A model generated the notes under the pieces. It made no database searches, had not been told where the DNA came from, and worked only from the letters and a program-made list of their open reading frames with translations. The position numbers were made by a program, and so were the translations under genes. Shown here one piece after another: positions 27,546 to 36,807 of a stretch of 64,000 bases of DNA. The stretch is from positions 2,155 through 66,154 of IMG/VR virus record IMGVR_UViG_2775507163_000001; one strand, written 5' to 3'. Numbering within the stretch: the stretch's first letter is position 1; each line of letters opens with the position of its first letter. Source of the DNA: a virus.

Positions 27546-28034
27546 ATCGGTTTACTAGCAACGATGATGTTAACTTACAATTTACTAAGTCCGCCAAGCA
27601 TTGTCGCAGGGGAGCTCGCTAATCAAGTCGCTCCTCTAGCGCAAGAGTGGCGCCAGCAAGCCGAAGTACTAGCGCAGGAAAACGAACGCCTACGCGCCGA
27701 GAATAAGCGTCTGAGAGCGTCTCAGTGGCGGGACTTCACCGCAACAGCTTACACCGCAGATTGTCCGGAAGGATGCATCGGAATCACCAAGACGGGGCTC
27801 GACGTAAGGAATCGGACGCACCTAGACGGCAAGCGCATTATCGCCACTGATCCGAGCGTAATTCCGTTAGGCACGGCGGTCGAGCTCCGGTTTAGCGACG
27901 GACGGACCGAGCAAGCCGTTGCGTTAGATACCGGAGGCGCCATCAAGGGCGAAATTATCGATTACCTAATTAGCGACAATGAAAAAGCCCTCCAATTCGG
28001 AAGGCAACGGATAAAGATACGGATTATAAAATAG
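27546..28034 (+). CDS. secreted 3D-domain cell wall protein
   Basis: FTATAYT...GITKTG...IATDPSVIPLGT...ALDTGGAIKGEIIDY; hydrophobic N-terminus; start ATC 27546 or ATG 27564. Confidence 0.85.
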   Translation: MGLLATMMLTYNLLSPPSIVAGELANQVAPLAQEWRQQAEVLAQENERLRAENKRLRASQWRDFTATAYTADCPEGCIGITKTGLDVRNRTHLDGKRIIATDPSVIPLGTAVELRFSDGRTEQAVALDTGGAIKGEIIDYLISDNEKALQFGRQRIKIRIIK

Positions 28035-28221
28035 ACGATAATTCATTGCGGTAAACGTGAATCATTCCGGATAAAGGAATGCTGCCGTCTTTACATCGCC
28101 CGTGCTTATGCAAGAATTCACGGAATACAATTTCGTTAACTTGAGTAGGAGTGGCGAAAGGGTCGTCGATTCTAACTTCGTAAACATCACGCTTTTTGCT
28201 ATACAATACGGCACAACGCAT
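28024..28221 (-). CDS. counter-oriented hypothetical protein (moron)
   Basis: AAGGAG RBS and its own sigma-A promoter on the minus strand. Confidence 0.7.
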   Translation of the reverse strand: MRCAVLYSKKRDVYEVRIDDPFATPTQVNEIVFREFLHKHGRCKDGSIPLSGMIHVYRNELSSIL

Positions 28222-28251
28222 AATAACACGCTCCTTAGATTTATTGTCTTA

Positions 28252-28280
28252 ATTTTAACGTAATAACTAACGCAAGTCAA
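28252..28280 (-). promoter_or_regulatory. sigma-A promoter
   Basis: TTGACT-17 nt-TAAAAT. Confidence 0.75.
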
Positions 28281-28307
28281 ACGCATAATTAACGAGGGGG
28301 AATCAGA

Positions 28308-28637
28308 ATGAAATTCAGAGTTGGCGCAATTGACTACGTAGTAACTGAGGCGCCCGGCCTACTAAGCAAGCACGACCTATTCGGACAGGTAACGTATGAT
28401 GACGGCCTTATCGAAATCGAGCCTACGTTAAGCCAGCAACGCAAGCACAACGTCATTATTCACGAATTGGTCCACGCTTGCCTATTCGAGGCTGGCTACG
28501 ATGAGCAGGACGAAGAGCAGGTCCGCAGGCTCGGCAATGTGCTGACGCAAGTGCTGCGGGATAATGATTTCGGATTTATGCGGGAAGTGGACGAAGGAAG
28601 CAACGAAATTAACGGAGCATTGGAGGCGTTGTATTAA
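28308..28637 (+). CDS. ImmA/IrrE-like HExxH metallopeptidase
   Basis: IIHELVHACLFEAG, EEQV. Confidence 0.65.
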   Translation: MKFRVGAIDYVVTEAPGLLSKHDLFGQVTYDDGLIEIEPTLSQQRKHNVIIHELVHACLFEAGYDEQDEEQVRRLGNVLTQVLRDNDFGFMREVDEGSNEINGALEALY

Positions 28638-29077
28638 TGAGCGAATTTGCTAACGTAAATACCGATAAAGAAATTTGGCGCGAGATTGAGGGCGATTATT
28701 ATGCGCCTAGTATTCACGTACACTCAAGCGGAAAAATAGGAATCAATGTCGGCGGAACCGTTCATATAAAAGACGTCCGCGATTGGCACAATCTAGCGCA
28801 AGAAGATTGGAAGTCCGAAGAAGTCACGGTCGACGGCACGCAAGCCAGCGAGCAAGTCGAAGTCGATGAAAGAGACGCATCGCCTTCTGTAGTCGAAATG
28901 CTCGCAAATCTGGCGCGCCGAGTAACTTCACTCGAGCAACAACTGGCGGCGACCCAGCGCAATTTGGAAACTTTCGCCGAGCAGACGGAGAGCAACTCGG
29001 AGGACATCCGGACGCTTGACGAACGCACGCAGTATAGAACGCTTGCAAAGGAAATGGCGAGGAGGCTAAGCCGATGA
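28637..29077 (+). CDS. hypothetical coiled-coil protein
   Basis: TAATG coupling, 146 aa. Confidence 0.65.
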   Translation: MSEFANVNTDKEIWREIEGDYYAPSIHVHSSGKIGINVGGTVHIKDVRDWHNLAQEDWKSEEVTVDGTQASEQVEVDERDASPSVVEMLANLARRVTSLEQQLAATQRNLETFAEQTESNSEDIRTLDERTQYRTLAKEMARRLSR

Positions 29078-29670
29078 AACATACGCTAAATGTGAATCGT
29101 GAAGTCGACGTAATTAAGATAGCCATTTGCGGCCGCATTAGAAGCGGAAAGGATACTGCTGCTGAACATCTTTATATTAAATACGGATTTGACCGTATCG
29201 CATTCGCAGACGCGCTCAAACGAACTGTTAGCGAAATATTTCCGTGGATGATAGGGCCGAATAAGCCACGCGCGCTCTTACAGCAATACGGACAGTTAAT
29301 GCGGGAGATTGACGATTCAGTTTGGATCAAACACGCCGAACGCAAAGTTAACGGCACGATTGACTTCCGGGTGAATACGGGTTCGGACCGCATCGGCATT
29401 GTGATAACGGATTTACGCAATCCTGTTGAGTACGACTGGGCGCGGGCGAACGGCTTTACGTTGATTCGCGTAACCGCTCCGGATGATGTCCGCATTGCTC
29501 GGGCGATTAAGGCGGGCGACGATTTCACCGTTCACGATTTATGTCATGAGACGGAGCTGGCGATTGACACTTTCGAAGTTGACAACGAAGTTCAAAACGA
29601 CGGCACTGTCGACGAGTTAAAAGCGCAGATTGACGCGATACTCTCGCAGTTAGAGGTGTCCAATGCCTAA
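29074..29670 (+). CDS. deoxynucleoside monophosphate kinase
   Basis: ICGRIRSGKDT, AFADALK, RALLQQYG, ITDLR, HETE. Confidence 0.85.
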   Translation: MKHTLNVNREVDVIKIAICGRIRSGKDTAAEHLYIKYGFDRIAFADALKRTVSEIFPWMIGPNKPRALLQQYGQLMREIDDSVWIKHAERKVNGTIDFRVNTGSDRIGIVITDLRNPVEYDWARANGFTLIRVTAPDDVRIARAIKAGDDFTVHDLCHETELAIDTFEVDNEVQNDGTVDELKAQIDAILSQLEVSNA

Positions 29671-30337
29671 ATTGAATGATTTAACAGACAAAAAGTTTGG
29701 TAGGTTGTCTGTGCTATCAAGAGCAGGGACCAACAAATCTAAAAAACCCATTTGGGAGTGTCTTTGTGACTGTGGCAACGTAACAATTGTTGTAGGTGCT
29801 GAATTAGTAAAAGGCACTACAAAGTCTTGCGGTTGTTTAAGAAAAGAAGTGACTGCTCAGCGTACACAAACACACGGAATGCGAAAGACTAGATTCTATG
29901 AAATTTGGTATGCCATGAAGAAGAGATGTAGAGATGAACACAATATCAGTTACCAATACTACGGCGGACGAGGAATACGCGTATGTGATAGATGGGGAAG
30001 CTTCGAGAATTTTAAAGCGGATATGTATGCGGCTTACCTAGATCACTCAGAAAAGCACGGAGAAAAACAAACTACGGTAGACAGAATAGACAACAACAAA
30101 GACTACACCCCAGAAAATACACGTTGGGCAACTTACACGATTCAAAATCGAAACACACGCATCAGAAGTGATAATAAGACTGGTTACAAAGGCGTTTATA
30201 AGCGCTACGAAGGTGGAGGATACACTGCGCACATCAGAGTAAACAACGAGCAAATTTACCTTGGAACTTTTGATAATATCGAAAACGCAATCGAGGCGAG
30301 GATAGACGCAGAAAAAACATATTGGGAGGCGATTTAA
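29663..30337 (+). CDS. HNH homing endonuclease with AP2 domain
   Basis: KKFGRLSV...CLCDCG...KSCGC, TVDRIDNNKDYTPENTRW, TGYKGVY...YLGTF. Confidence 0.85.
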   Translation: MPKLNDLTDKKFGRLSVLSRAGTNKSKKPIWECLCDCGNVTIVVGAELVKGTTKSCGCLRKEVTAQRTQTHGMRKTRFYEIWYAMKKRCRDEHNISYQYYGGRGIRVCDRWGSFENFKADMYAAYLDHSEKHGEKQTTVDRIDNNKDYTPENTRWATYTIQNRNTRIRSDNKTGYKGVYKRYEGGGYTAHIRVNNEQIYLGTFDNIENAIEARIDAEKTYWEAI

Positions 30338-31764
30338 TGACGTTCAACTACGTATCATTATTCAGCGGCATCGGAGGATTTGAGCAGGCGCTAAACAGAC
30401 TCGGAGGCAGTTGCGTAATGGCGTCCGAAATTGATAAATACGCCAATCAAGCCTACGAGGTTCTTTACGGACACTCAACGGTCGGCGACGTAACCAAAGT
30501 CGCAGCTGAAGACGTTCCGGATCACGACTTATTGGTCGGAGGATTTCCGTGCCAGGCGTTCTCAGTCGCTGGAAAAAGATTAGGCTTCGAGGAGGCTCGC
30601 GGAACACTATTCTTCGAGATTGCAAGAATTGCGAAGGTTAAGCAGCCGAAAGCGATGATGCTCGAAAATGTGAAGGGACTCGTTGGGCATGACGGGGGCA
30701 AGACGCTAGACACGATCATCCAAACGCTGGACGAAATCGGCTATACCGTTGATTTCGAGGTAATGAATTCGAAGTATTTCGGAGTGCCCCAGAATCGCGA
30801 ACGTATCTTTATCGTAGCTGTCCGCAATGACCTGATCGAGCCAAGCGAATGGAACGTCGGCAAACGTTCTGATGTAGTGGCGAAAGGTAAGCGTAGGATT
30901 GCGGGACTGGGTGTTAAGACGTTTAACTTCGACTTTCCAGCGCAAAACGAAGTAACTGTTAGGTTGCGTAACATCCTCGAAAATGACGTTGATGAGAAGT
31001 TTTATTTGAGCGAGGAAAAGACGGCTAGTCTGATTACACAACTTGAAAACGGGATTGCTGTAAAAGAAGCTACTAAGCAAGGGTACGCAGTGGCGGAAGA
31101 AGGGGACGCAGTTAATTTTCAGTTTCCGGACAGCCAAACACGCAGAGGTCGAGTCGGCAAGCAAATCGCACAAACGTTAGAAGCAAGCGGAATAAATCAG
31201 GGCGTAGTCGAACCGCAAATGCTCGGACATATCGACCTAAAAGGTCATGACGCAATCAAGCGTGTATATGATCCGCAAGGTGTTTCACCAACACTGACGA
31301 CAATGGGTGGAGGTCATCGCGAACCTAAAATCGCAGTACAAATGAACCGCCACGAAATTAATAAAGAGACAGACATAGCGCACTGTCTAATGGCTCGTGA
31401 TTATAAGGGATTCGGCAACCAAGATATGACAGGTATTATCGAAGAGGTACGCCCAGTCCTAACGCCAGACCGATTAGAAAAACGTCAAAACGGACGCAGA
31501 TTTAAGGAGGACGACGAGGAATCATTCACACTGACAGCTCAAGACAAACACGGAGTAGCGATCGGAAACCCACCGAAATACCGCATACGCAAGCTTACAC
31601 CGCGCGAATGCTTCCGCCTTCAAGGATTTCCGGATTCAGAGTTCGATAAGCTGACGGCAAACGGCATATCAAACTCGCAGCTTTACAAGATGGCCGGTAA
31701 CGCGGTGACTGTAAACGTAATAAGTGCGTTAGGCAGGCGCTTATTACCTTACATCGCGGACTAA
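30337..31764 (+). CDS. C5 cytosine DNA methyltransferase, possibly multispecific
   Basis: SLFSGIGG, GGFPCQAFS, LENVKGL, PQNRERIF, long variable region, RKLTPREC, YKMAGNAV. Confidence 0.95.
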   Translation: MTFNYVSLFSGIGGFEQALNRLGGSCVMASEIDKYANQAYEVLYGHSTVGDVTKVAAEDVPDHDLLVGGFPCQAFSVAGKRLGFEEARGTLFFEIARIAKVKQPKAMMLENVKGLVGHDGGKTLDTIIQTLDEIGYTVDFEVMNSKYFGVPQNRERIFIVAVRNDLIEPSEWNVGKRSDVVAKGKRRIAGLGVKTFNFDFPAQNEVTVRLRNILENDVDEKFYLSEEKTASLITQLENGIAVKEATKQGYAVAEEGDAVNFQFPDSQTRRGRVGKQIAQTLEASGINQGVVEPQMLGHIDLKGHDAIKRVYDPQGVSPTLTTMGGGHREPKIAVQMNRHEINKETDIAHCLMARDYKGFGNQDMTGIIEEVRPVLTPDRLEKRQNGRRFKEDDEESFTLTAQDKHGVAIGNPPKYRIRKLTPRECFRLQGFPDSEFDKLTANGISNSQLYKMAGNAVTVNVISALGRRLLPYIAD

Positions 31765-32115
31765 CTGAAACGAATGCCAGAACACGCTGCCCTCGTCGAT
31801 CTTTCCGACATACTCAAATTTAAGCGGAAGGTCGGCGTCCGCCAGCGCCAATTTACTAACGACTAGCTTTCCGGCAGCAACACCGAGATACCCGCGTTTG
31901 TCAGGGCGCACGACTGAGGCGTTGGGAATCTTCGCAAGCTCTTGCTTAACGACACCGACACGCTTGTTTTCTACATCAACGCTAATAACGACGGGTGTAA
32001 ATGTGGTCAACGCAAGTTCTTGGCGCATGGTCGCAGACAGGCGGATGCGGTGCTGCTTATCGATTGTTAGTGACTTACCGCTTTGGCGAGCGAGTTGTAA
32101 CGGCTCGAAGGGCAT
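31744..32115 (-). CDS. counter-oriented AbrB/MraZ-like protein
   Basis: AAAGGA RBS before ATG 32115; TIDKQHRIRLSATMRQEL swapped-hairpin-like motif. Confidence 0.55.
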   Translation of the reverse strand: MPFEPLQLARQSGKSLTIDKQHRIRLSATMRQELALTTFTPVVISVDVENKRVGVVKQELAKIPNASVVRPDKRGYLGVAAGKLVVSKLALADADLPLKFEYVGKIDEGSVFWHSFQLVRDVR

Positions 32116-32149
32116 ATATAACACGTCCTTTATCGGTTTTATTAACGCA

Positions 32150-32178
32150 ATTATAACGAATAAGCACGAAATTAGCAA
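32150..32178 (-). promoter_or_regulatory. sigma-A promoter
   Basis: TTGCTA-17 nt-TATAAT. Confidence 0.7.
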
Positions 32179-32230
32179 GTTAGATTAAACGGACTAACTA
32201 CGACATATTTAGACGAAAGGGGCGAACCGG

Positions 32231-33790
32231 ATGTTTAACGAGGACTTTTACCCGACGCCTGACGAATTAATTGAGGAATTATTATCTATGAGTATAGGCG
32301 ATAACTTACCGAAAATAAAAGGCATAAGCCGATTTACATTACGAGGTCGCGTTTTAGAGCCATCAGCTGGTAAAGGAAATATCGTTAAGTATATACGAGA
32401 AAAAGGTCGTTCAATAAAGGTAGATACCGTTGAAAACGATCCCGAACTCGCTAGTTTCTTAGTAGGAGCCGGTCACAACGTTGTTTGGTCGGACTTCCTT
32501 ACCTTCGAAACCTTCCGAGAATACGAGGCTATCGTCATGAATCCTCCTTTTAGTGCTTGCGATAAACACCTATTACACGCTATCAGTATTGCCAACAAGC
32601 AAATCACGAAAGATTGTGAAATATACGCAATTATCAACGCCGAAACGATTAAAAACCCGTTCAATACGACTCGTAAAGAGTTGGCGCGATTGCTCGCCTT
32701 ACACGGTGCCAGAATAAAGTTCGTTAGCAACGCTTTTAGTGGTGCAGAACGTAAGACGGATGTTGAGGTAGCGCTCATTTATGTCAAAGTTAATCGGAAT
32801 AACGCTAGTGAGGATTTATATAGGAGAACCGTTGACGCTGTAAGAGGAGATCAGAAGGAGCAATCATCAGAAATATCTAGCGCGTTAAGTACGTATGTAA
32901 AGCACCAAGAAGTGCAGGAACGCCTAGATGATATTACTCGATTAACTTACGAATACGATCAAGCTGTCAGGTTAATCCGCGAAGCGTATGAAATAGACAA
33001 GCGCAGGACGGACTTCATAAGTTATATTTCAAATTTAAACGGTGGAAAACTGCACGTACCAAGCGATACTATCGCGAGAGACTATGAGGAAGATTTACAA
33101 AGGTTGCGGTCGACATATTGGCAGTTAATACTGCAAACAGACAAATTTATGAAGATGTTAACGACGGAAGCACGTGAAAAATTAACCCGACAACTAAACT
33201 CGGCTTCGGAATTAGAAATAAATTCAACGAATATTTACATGCTTTTGCACGCCATCATGGCGAACTCTAACGAAATGTTAATAAGTAGTGTTGTTAGCAT
33301 GTTCGAAAAAATAACGTCATATAGTCGTAGGGAATTTTCGACGAATATCCATTACTACAACGGGTGGAATACGAACGAGGCGTACAAGATCGGCAAGAAA
33401 GTAATTTACCCGTTTTTCACTAGTTTCGGAGATTGGGATATGGGATCGCGAGGCAATAGTTTTAATAGCGTGGATTATCGGATAAAAGGTTTTATTTTCG
33501 ACTTATTAAAAGCGTTTGAGCCGTTTAGAGACGTAAGTTACGAATTTGACGTAATTGGGAAAGGCGAATTTAGTAACGATATTCTACGTTTCAAGATTTT
33601 CATGAAAGGAACGGTTCATGTTTGGTTTAAGGACTTAGATTCGTTAAACAAGATTAACTACGTATGCGGACGTAAGTTTAACTGGCTTCCGACGGATGAA
33701 GAAATTAAAACGGACGAAAAAGCGCGAGAGTATATCGTTAAAGAGTTCGGAGAAGAATCGTTATCTATTAAGTTATTGGAGGCGAATTAA
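32231..33790 (+). CDS. N6-adenine methyltransferase with DUF4942-like C-terminus
   Basis: DFYPTP, VLEPSAGKG, IVMNPPF; C-terminal FKIFMKGTVHVWF. Confidence 0.8.
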   Translation: MFNEDFYPTPDELIEELLSMSIGDNLPKIKGISRFTLRGRVLEPSAGKGNIVKYIREKGRSIKVDTVENDPELASFLVGAGHNVVWSDFLTFETFREYEAIVMNPPFSACDKHLLHAISIANKQITKDCEIYAIINAETIKNPFNTTRKELARLLALHGARIKFVSNAFSGAERKTDVEVALIYVKVNRNNASEDLYRRTVDAVRGDQKEQSSEISSALSTYVKHQEVQERLDDITRLTYEYDQAVRLIREAYEIDKRRTDFISYISNLNGGKLHVPSDTIARDYEEDLQRLRSTYWQLILQTDKFMKMLTTEAREKLTRQLNSASELEINSTNIYMLLHAIMANSNEMLISSVVSMFEKITSYSRREFSTNIHYYNGWNTNEAYKIGKKVIYPFFTSFGDWDMGSRGNSFNSVDYRIKGFIFDLLKAFEPFRDVSYEFDVIGKGEFSNDILRFKIFMKGTVHVWFKDLDSLNKINYVCGRKFNWLPTDEEIKTDEKAREYIVKEFGEESLSIKLLEAN

Positions 33791-34179
33791 TGGGCCACGT
33801 AAAAATCGATTTATCGCAGAAAGAACGCAGCCTCGAAGCGAAGTATCCAGCGCTCGACAATCCGGCCGGCCTCCGCATCTTATTATCCGACTACCACGCG
33901 TTGATAAATAGGCAATATCAAGGCGACTATGATGCGGTAGTCCTGCTCGCTGACCTACGTAAAGCGGTTCAATTAGCGGGGCTCACCGCCCGGCAATCCG
34001 AGGCTCTCCACCTGGTTTACGAGGAGGATTTGACGCAGGAAGAGGCGGGGCGACGGATGGGTGGACTCGCAAGAGATGCGGTTAATCACTTACTCGATCG
34101 GGCCATCGAAAGCATATCGGACATCTATTATTACTGGAGTCATCACGGAGAGGGGTACGTAATTAATGGCGGATTATAA
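33790..34179 (+). CDS. sigma-70 region 4 HTH domain protein
   Basis: LTARQSEALHLVYEEDLTQEEAGRRMG. Confidence 0.75.
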   Translation: MGHVKIDLSQKERSLEAKYPALDNPAGLRILLSDYHALINRQYQGDYDAVVLLADLRKAVQLAGLTARQSEALHLVYEEDLTQEEAGRRMGGLARDAVNHLLDRAIESISDIYYYWSHHGEGYVINGGL

Positions 34180-34636
34180 AGCGAAATTACACGAATCAAT
34201 AACTGAGTTACAGCAGGCGATTAAACGCGGTGAGATGCCGCGGGAGGTTCGCTTGGGGAAGATTGAGGAATTGGCGGAGAGGTACTTCGCTAAAACTGGC
34301 GAAATGCCCGACGCTGTGACACTCGAAAGAATGTCCGATTTATGTCTATTCGAAGAATTATCGGATACACATCCGGATAAGGTTACCCGAACAGAGTATC
34401 CGTTCTTTAGCGAAACACAATTCGAGGAGCGCCGGAAGGCTGAGGTATCGTTTAAGCTATCGGAAGAGCACGGCGTTGACGGACGGAATCATAAACCGCC
34501 TACCAGGCGCGAGCGTACTAATCGAGAAATTAAACTCATGGATAAGCACGCTAGAATTCGGAATAAAGAGCGCAAACAACGATATCACGAATTTACGAAA
34601 GTGCAGCCGGTGGTTGTGCGAAAAATAGGACTTTAG
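34166..34636 (+). CDS. hypothetical phage protein
   Basis: 156 aa, overlaps the upstream gene. Confidence 0.7.
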   Translation: MADYKAKLHESITELQQAIKRGEMPREVRLGKIEELAERYFAKTGEMPDAVTLERMSDLCLFEELSDTHPDKVTRTEYPFFSETQFEERRKAEVSFKLSEEHGVDGRNHKPPTRRERTNREIKLMDKHARIRNKERKQRYHEFTKVQPVVVRKIGL

Positions 34637-34660
34637 TCTACCTCCATTTTTATCGATTTC

Positions 34661-34901
34661 ACGGCCTTATATATGAGGAGAACTTTTTGCGGAAAAGACG
34701 TGGACTTTTCTCCTCTTTTACGGTCTTTATAGTGAAGGACTCCATAAAAAGAACTGTTTTGTGTCCTATTATATGAGAGGGTATAAAAATGAGTCTTTAG
34801 AACTACTGTACTTTTATGCCCTTAGTTGTCTATACGTTATGAAGAAGTATTTTTAGAAAAACGTATACTTTTAGGCTGTTTTGTGGCTATACGTTATGAG
34901 G
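34661..34901 (+). repeat. array of five imperfect promoter-like repeats
   Basis: Units ending TGAG/TGAA at 34674, 34733, 34774, 34840, 34897; AGTTGTCTATACGTTATGAA (34824-43) recurs exactly at 37159-78. Confidence 0.6.
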
Positions 34902-34954
34902 GCGATCATTTTGACGTCCTAGACGAAAATTGCGTACTAAGGAGGATTTAAAAA

Positions 34955-35284
34955 ATGAGTTTTAATACAGTTTTTAAGGAGTACGGTGACGTAATTAACT
35001 TTCTTAAAAATCATGACAACCCCGCTTGCTTTACTGTTAATTACAGACCCAAAGAAGATGATTATGAATTATGGATTGGTAATCAACCTTATGAAAATTA
35101 CGAAAAAATGATTGAGGAATTAGAAACCGAATTAGTTAAAGCAGATATAGACAAGGCAGGGTATATCACACAAATTGAACTATTAGAAGAACAAGCTGAA
35201 AAGTATCAACGGCTTAGAAATAAAATACTTGAACAAACCATTCAAAAGAACCATGAAGCATTAAAGAAATTAGCAGATAGTTAA
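34955..35284 (+). CDS. hypothetical coiled-coil protein
   Basis: AAGGAGG RBS; AT-rich. Confidence 0.7.
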   Translation: MSFNTVFKEYGDVINFLKNHDNPACFTVNYRPKEDDYELWIGNQPYENYEKMIEELETELVKADIDKAGYITQIELLEEQAEKYQRLRNKILEQTIQKNHEALKKLADS

Positions 35285-35315
35285 TGAACTATACGAAGAA
35301 AGGAGATTGTGAAAA

Positions 35316-35450
35316 TTGAAATACAGTGATTACCTTGAACTAAAAAGAATGGTACTCAATGATGAAACAACCGTAAATTATGTGATGGAATATTTGAAAA
35401 TCCCTTACATTGTAGCACGTTGTTTAGTTAAGGATTGGAAGGAGGTTTGA
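35316..35450 (+). CDS. hypothetical protein (44 aa)
   Basis: AAAGGAG RBS, TTG start, MKYSDYLELKRMV... Confidence 0.55.
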   Translation: MKYSDYLELKRMVLNDETTVNYVMEYLKIPYIVARCLVKDWKEV

Positions 35451-35453
35451 AAA

Positions 35454-35576
35454 ATGACTGGTAAAGAAATTGCTAACCTAATTTATGAATGGGCTGAGAA
35501 AAAGAATATTCACCCTGATGATTTTGACGCATTATTTGTACCTGAGTTATTAGAAAAACTCGAAGAAGATAAGTGA
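35454..35576 (+). CDS. hypothetical protein (40 aa)
   Basis: AAGGAGG RBS, MTGKEIANLIYEWAE... Confidence 0.6.
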   Translation: MTGKEIANLIYEWAEKKNIHPDDFDALFVPELLEKLEEDK

Positions 35577-35605
35577 ACTATACGAGTAAATTATGAATCT
35601 TTAAC

Positions 35606-35627
35606 GCTCGCTTCGGCGGGCTTTTTT
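35606..35627 (+). terminator. intrinsic terminator
   Basis: GCTCGC-TTCG-GCGGGC-TTTTTT. Confidence 0.85.
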
Positions 35628-35648
35628 AATTAAAAGGGAGATGGGAAA

Positions 35649-35885
35649 ATGGAAAATCAAAAGCGATTTATCTGTGGAACGTGTAACGAGTTAATGGAGC
35701 TTAAATACGACGATTATTATTTGGAACATCGAGGAGAAATCGAACTAGTTACCGATGTACCTCAACATATTTGCCACACTTGCGAGGTTATCGCGGTAGC
35801 AAACGAAGACATAGCGAAGATGCATCGGATTATTGACCACAACCTCTTTATCGAAAGATTTGGAGGTTATGACGATGAGCAATAG
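35649..35885 (+). CDS. YgiT-type zinc finger protein
   Basis: CGTC...VTDVPQHICHTC. Confidence 0.65.
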   Translation: MENQKRFICGTCNELMELKYDDYYLEHRGEIELVTDVPQHICHTCEVIAVANEDIAKMHRIIDHNLFIERFGGYDDEQ

Positions 35886-36807
35886 GAATGCGGAGCAATT
35901 AGCATGGCAACGCCTGGCACCGAAACAAAAGCGCGGATTCATGGCGATAAAAGATAGCGCAACCGTTATTAACGGGGTTGTATACGATAGGAAAGGAAAC
36001 GACCAGTCTCATCGCGCTGAGTTAGTCGTTAATACAACGGAAGCACAATACGAATCTCTTCAGGCGATTGATGAAATGACAGCACACGAAGTAGAAAACG
36101 GAAAGTTTGTATTCGCCTTTTTCGAAAGTTGTAAGACGATGTGCGATCAGTACCCGTCACTAACTAAAGCGGACTTAGCGCGTCTTATGTTTGTCGGAAC
36201 ATATACAGGATACCGTACCGGACGATTGCAGCATGATAACGGACGAGTAATCGATAAGAAGTCGCTCGAAGGGTTAATCGGAATCAGCCGGAATAAGTTT
36301 AGCGAGTTTTATAGAAAGCTAATCAACGAGGATATTCTACAGGAGTATGACGGAGAGATATACGTTAATCCTAGCGTATTTTACCGAGGGTCAATTAAAG
36401 ACATCGGATACCAGCTCGATGAATATCGGCACACGCGATTATTCCGAAAGACGGTGCGAGAGTTGTACGAAAAGTATTCCGGACGTAAAACGGTTCAACT
36501 GGCTATTATCTACGCTGTGTTGCCGTTCTTAAACTTCGATACTAACGTCGTCTGCTTTAATCCGAAGGAATATAACGAAGATGAGTTGCGTCCTATGAAT
36601 CTCGAAAACTTGGCGGCATTGTTACATTATAGTGATACGCATAAGCTAAAGCGCGCTCTTGATTCCGTTAAGATTGACGGTCAGCCAGTCTTTTGGTTGC
36701 CGAATAATGCACACGATAAAAGGCAGCGAAGGATCATCGTAAATCCTCGTATCGTGTACGCTGGTAGTGCCGAATCATTGCGTGCGATTAAGGTTCTGTT
36801 CAACTAA
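35875..36807 (+). CDS. hypothetical DNA-binding protein, RepL-like
   Basis: GGAGG RBS; wHTH-like SLEGLIGISRNKFSEFYRKLINEDIL and twin YVNP/IVNP motifs; family call tentative. Confidence 0.45.
   Translation: MSNRNAEQLAWQRLAPKQKRGFMAIKDSATVINGVVYDRKGNDQSHRAELVVNTTEAQYESLQAIDEMTAHEVENGKFVFAFFESCKTMCDQYPSLTKADLARLMFVGTYTGYRTGRLQHDNGRVIDKKSLEGLIGISRNKFSEFYRKLINEDILQEYDGEIYVNPSVFYRGSIKDIGYQLDEYRHTRLFRKTVRELYEKYSGRKTVQLAIIYAVLPFLNFDTNVVCFNPKEYNEDELRPMNLENLAALLHYSDTHKLKRALDSVKIDGQPVFWLPNNAHDKRQRRIIVNPRIVYAGSAESLRAIKVLFN

Noticed and set aside
35649-35885. MqsA-like antitoxin of a TA pair
   Set aside because: Zinc finger only, with no HTH and no adjacent toxin-like gene
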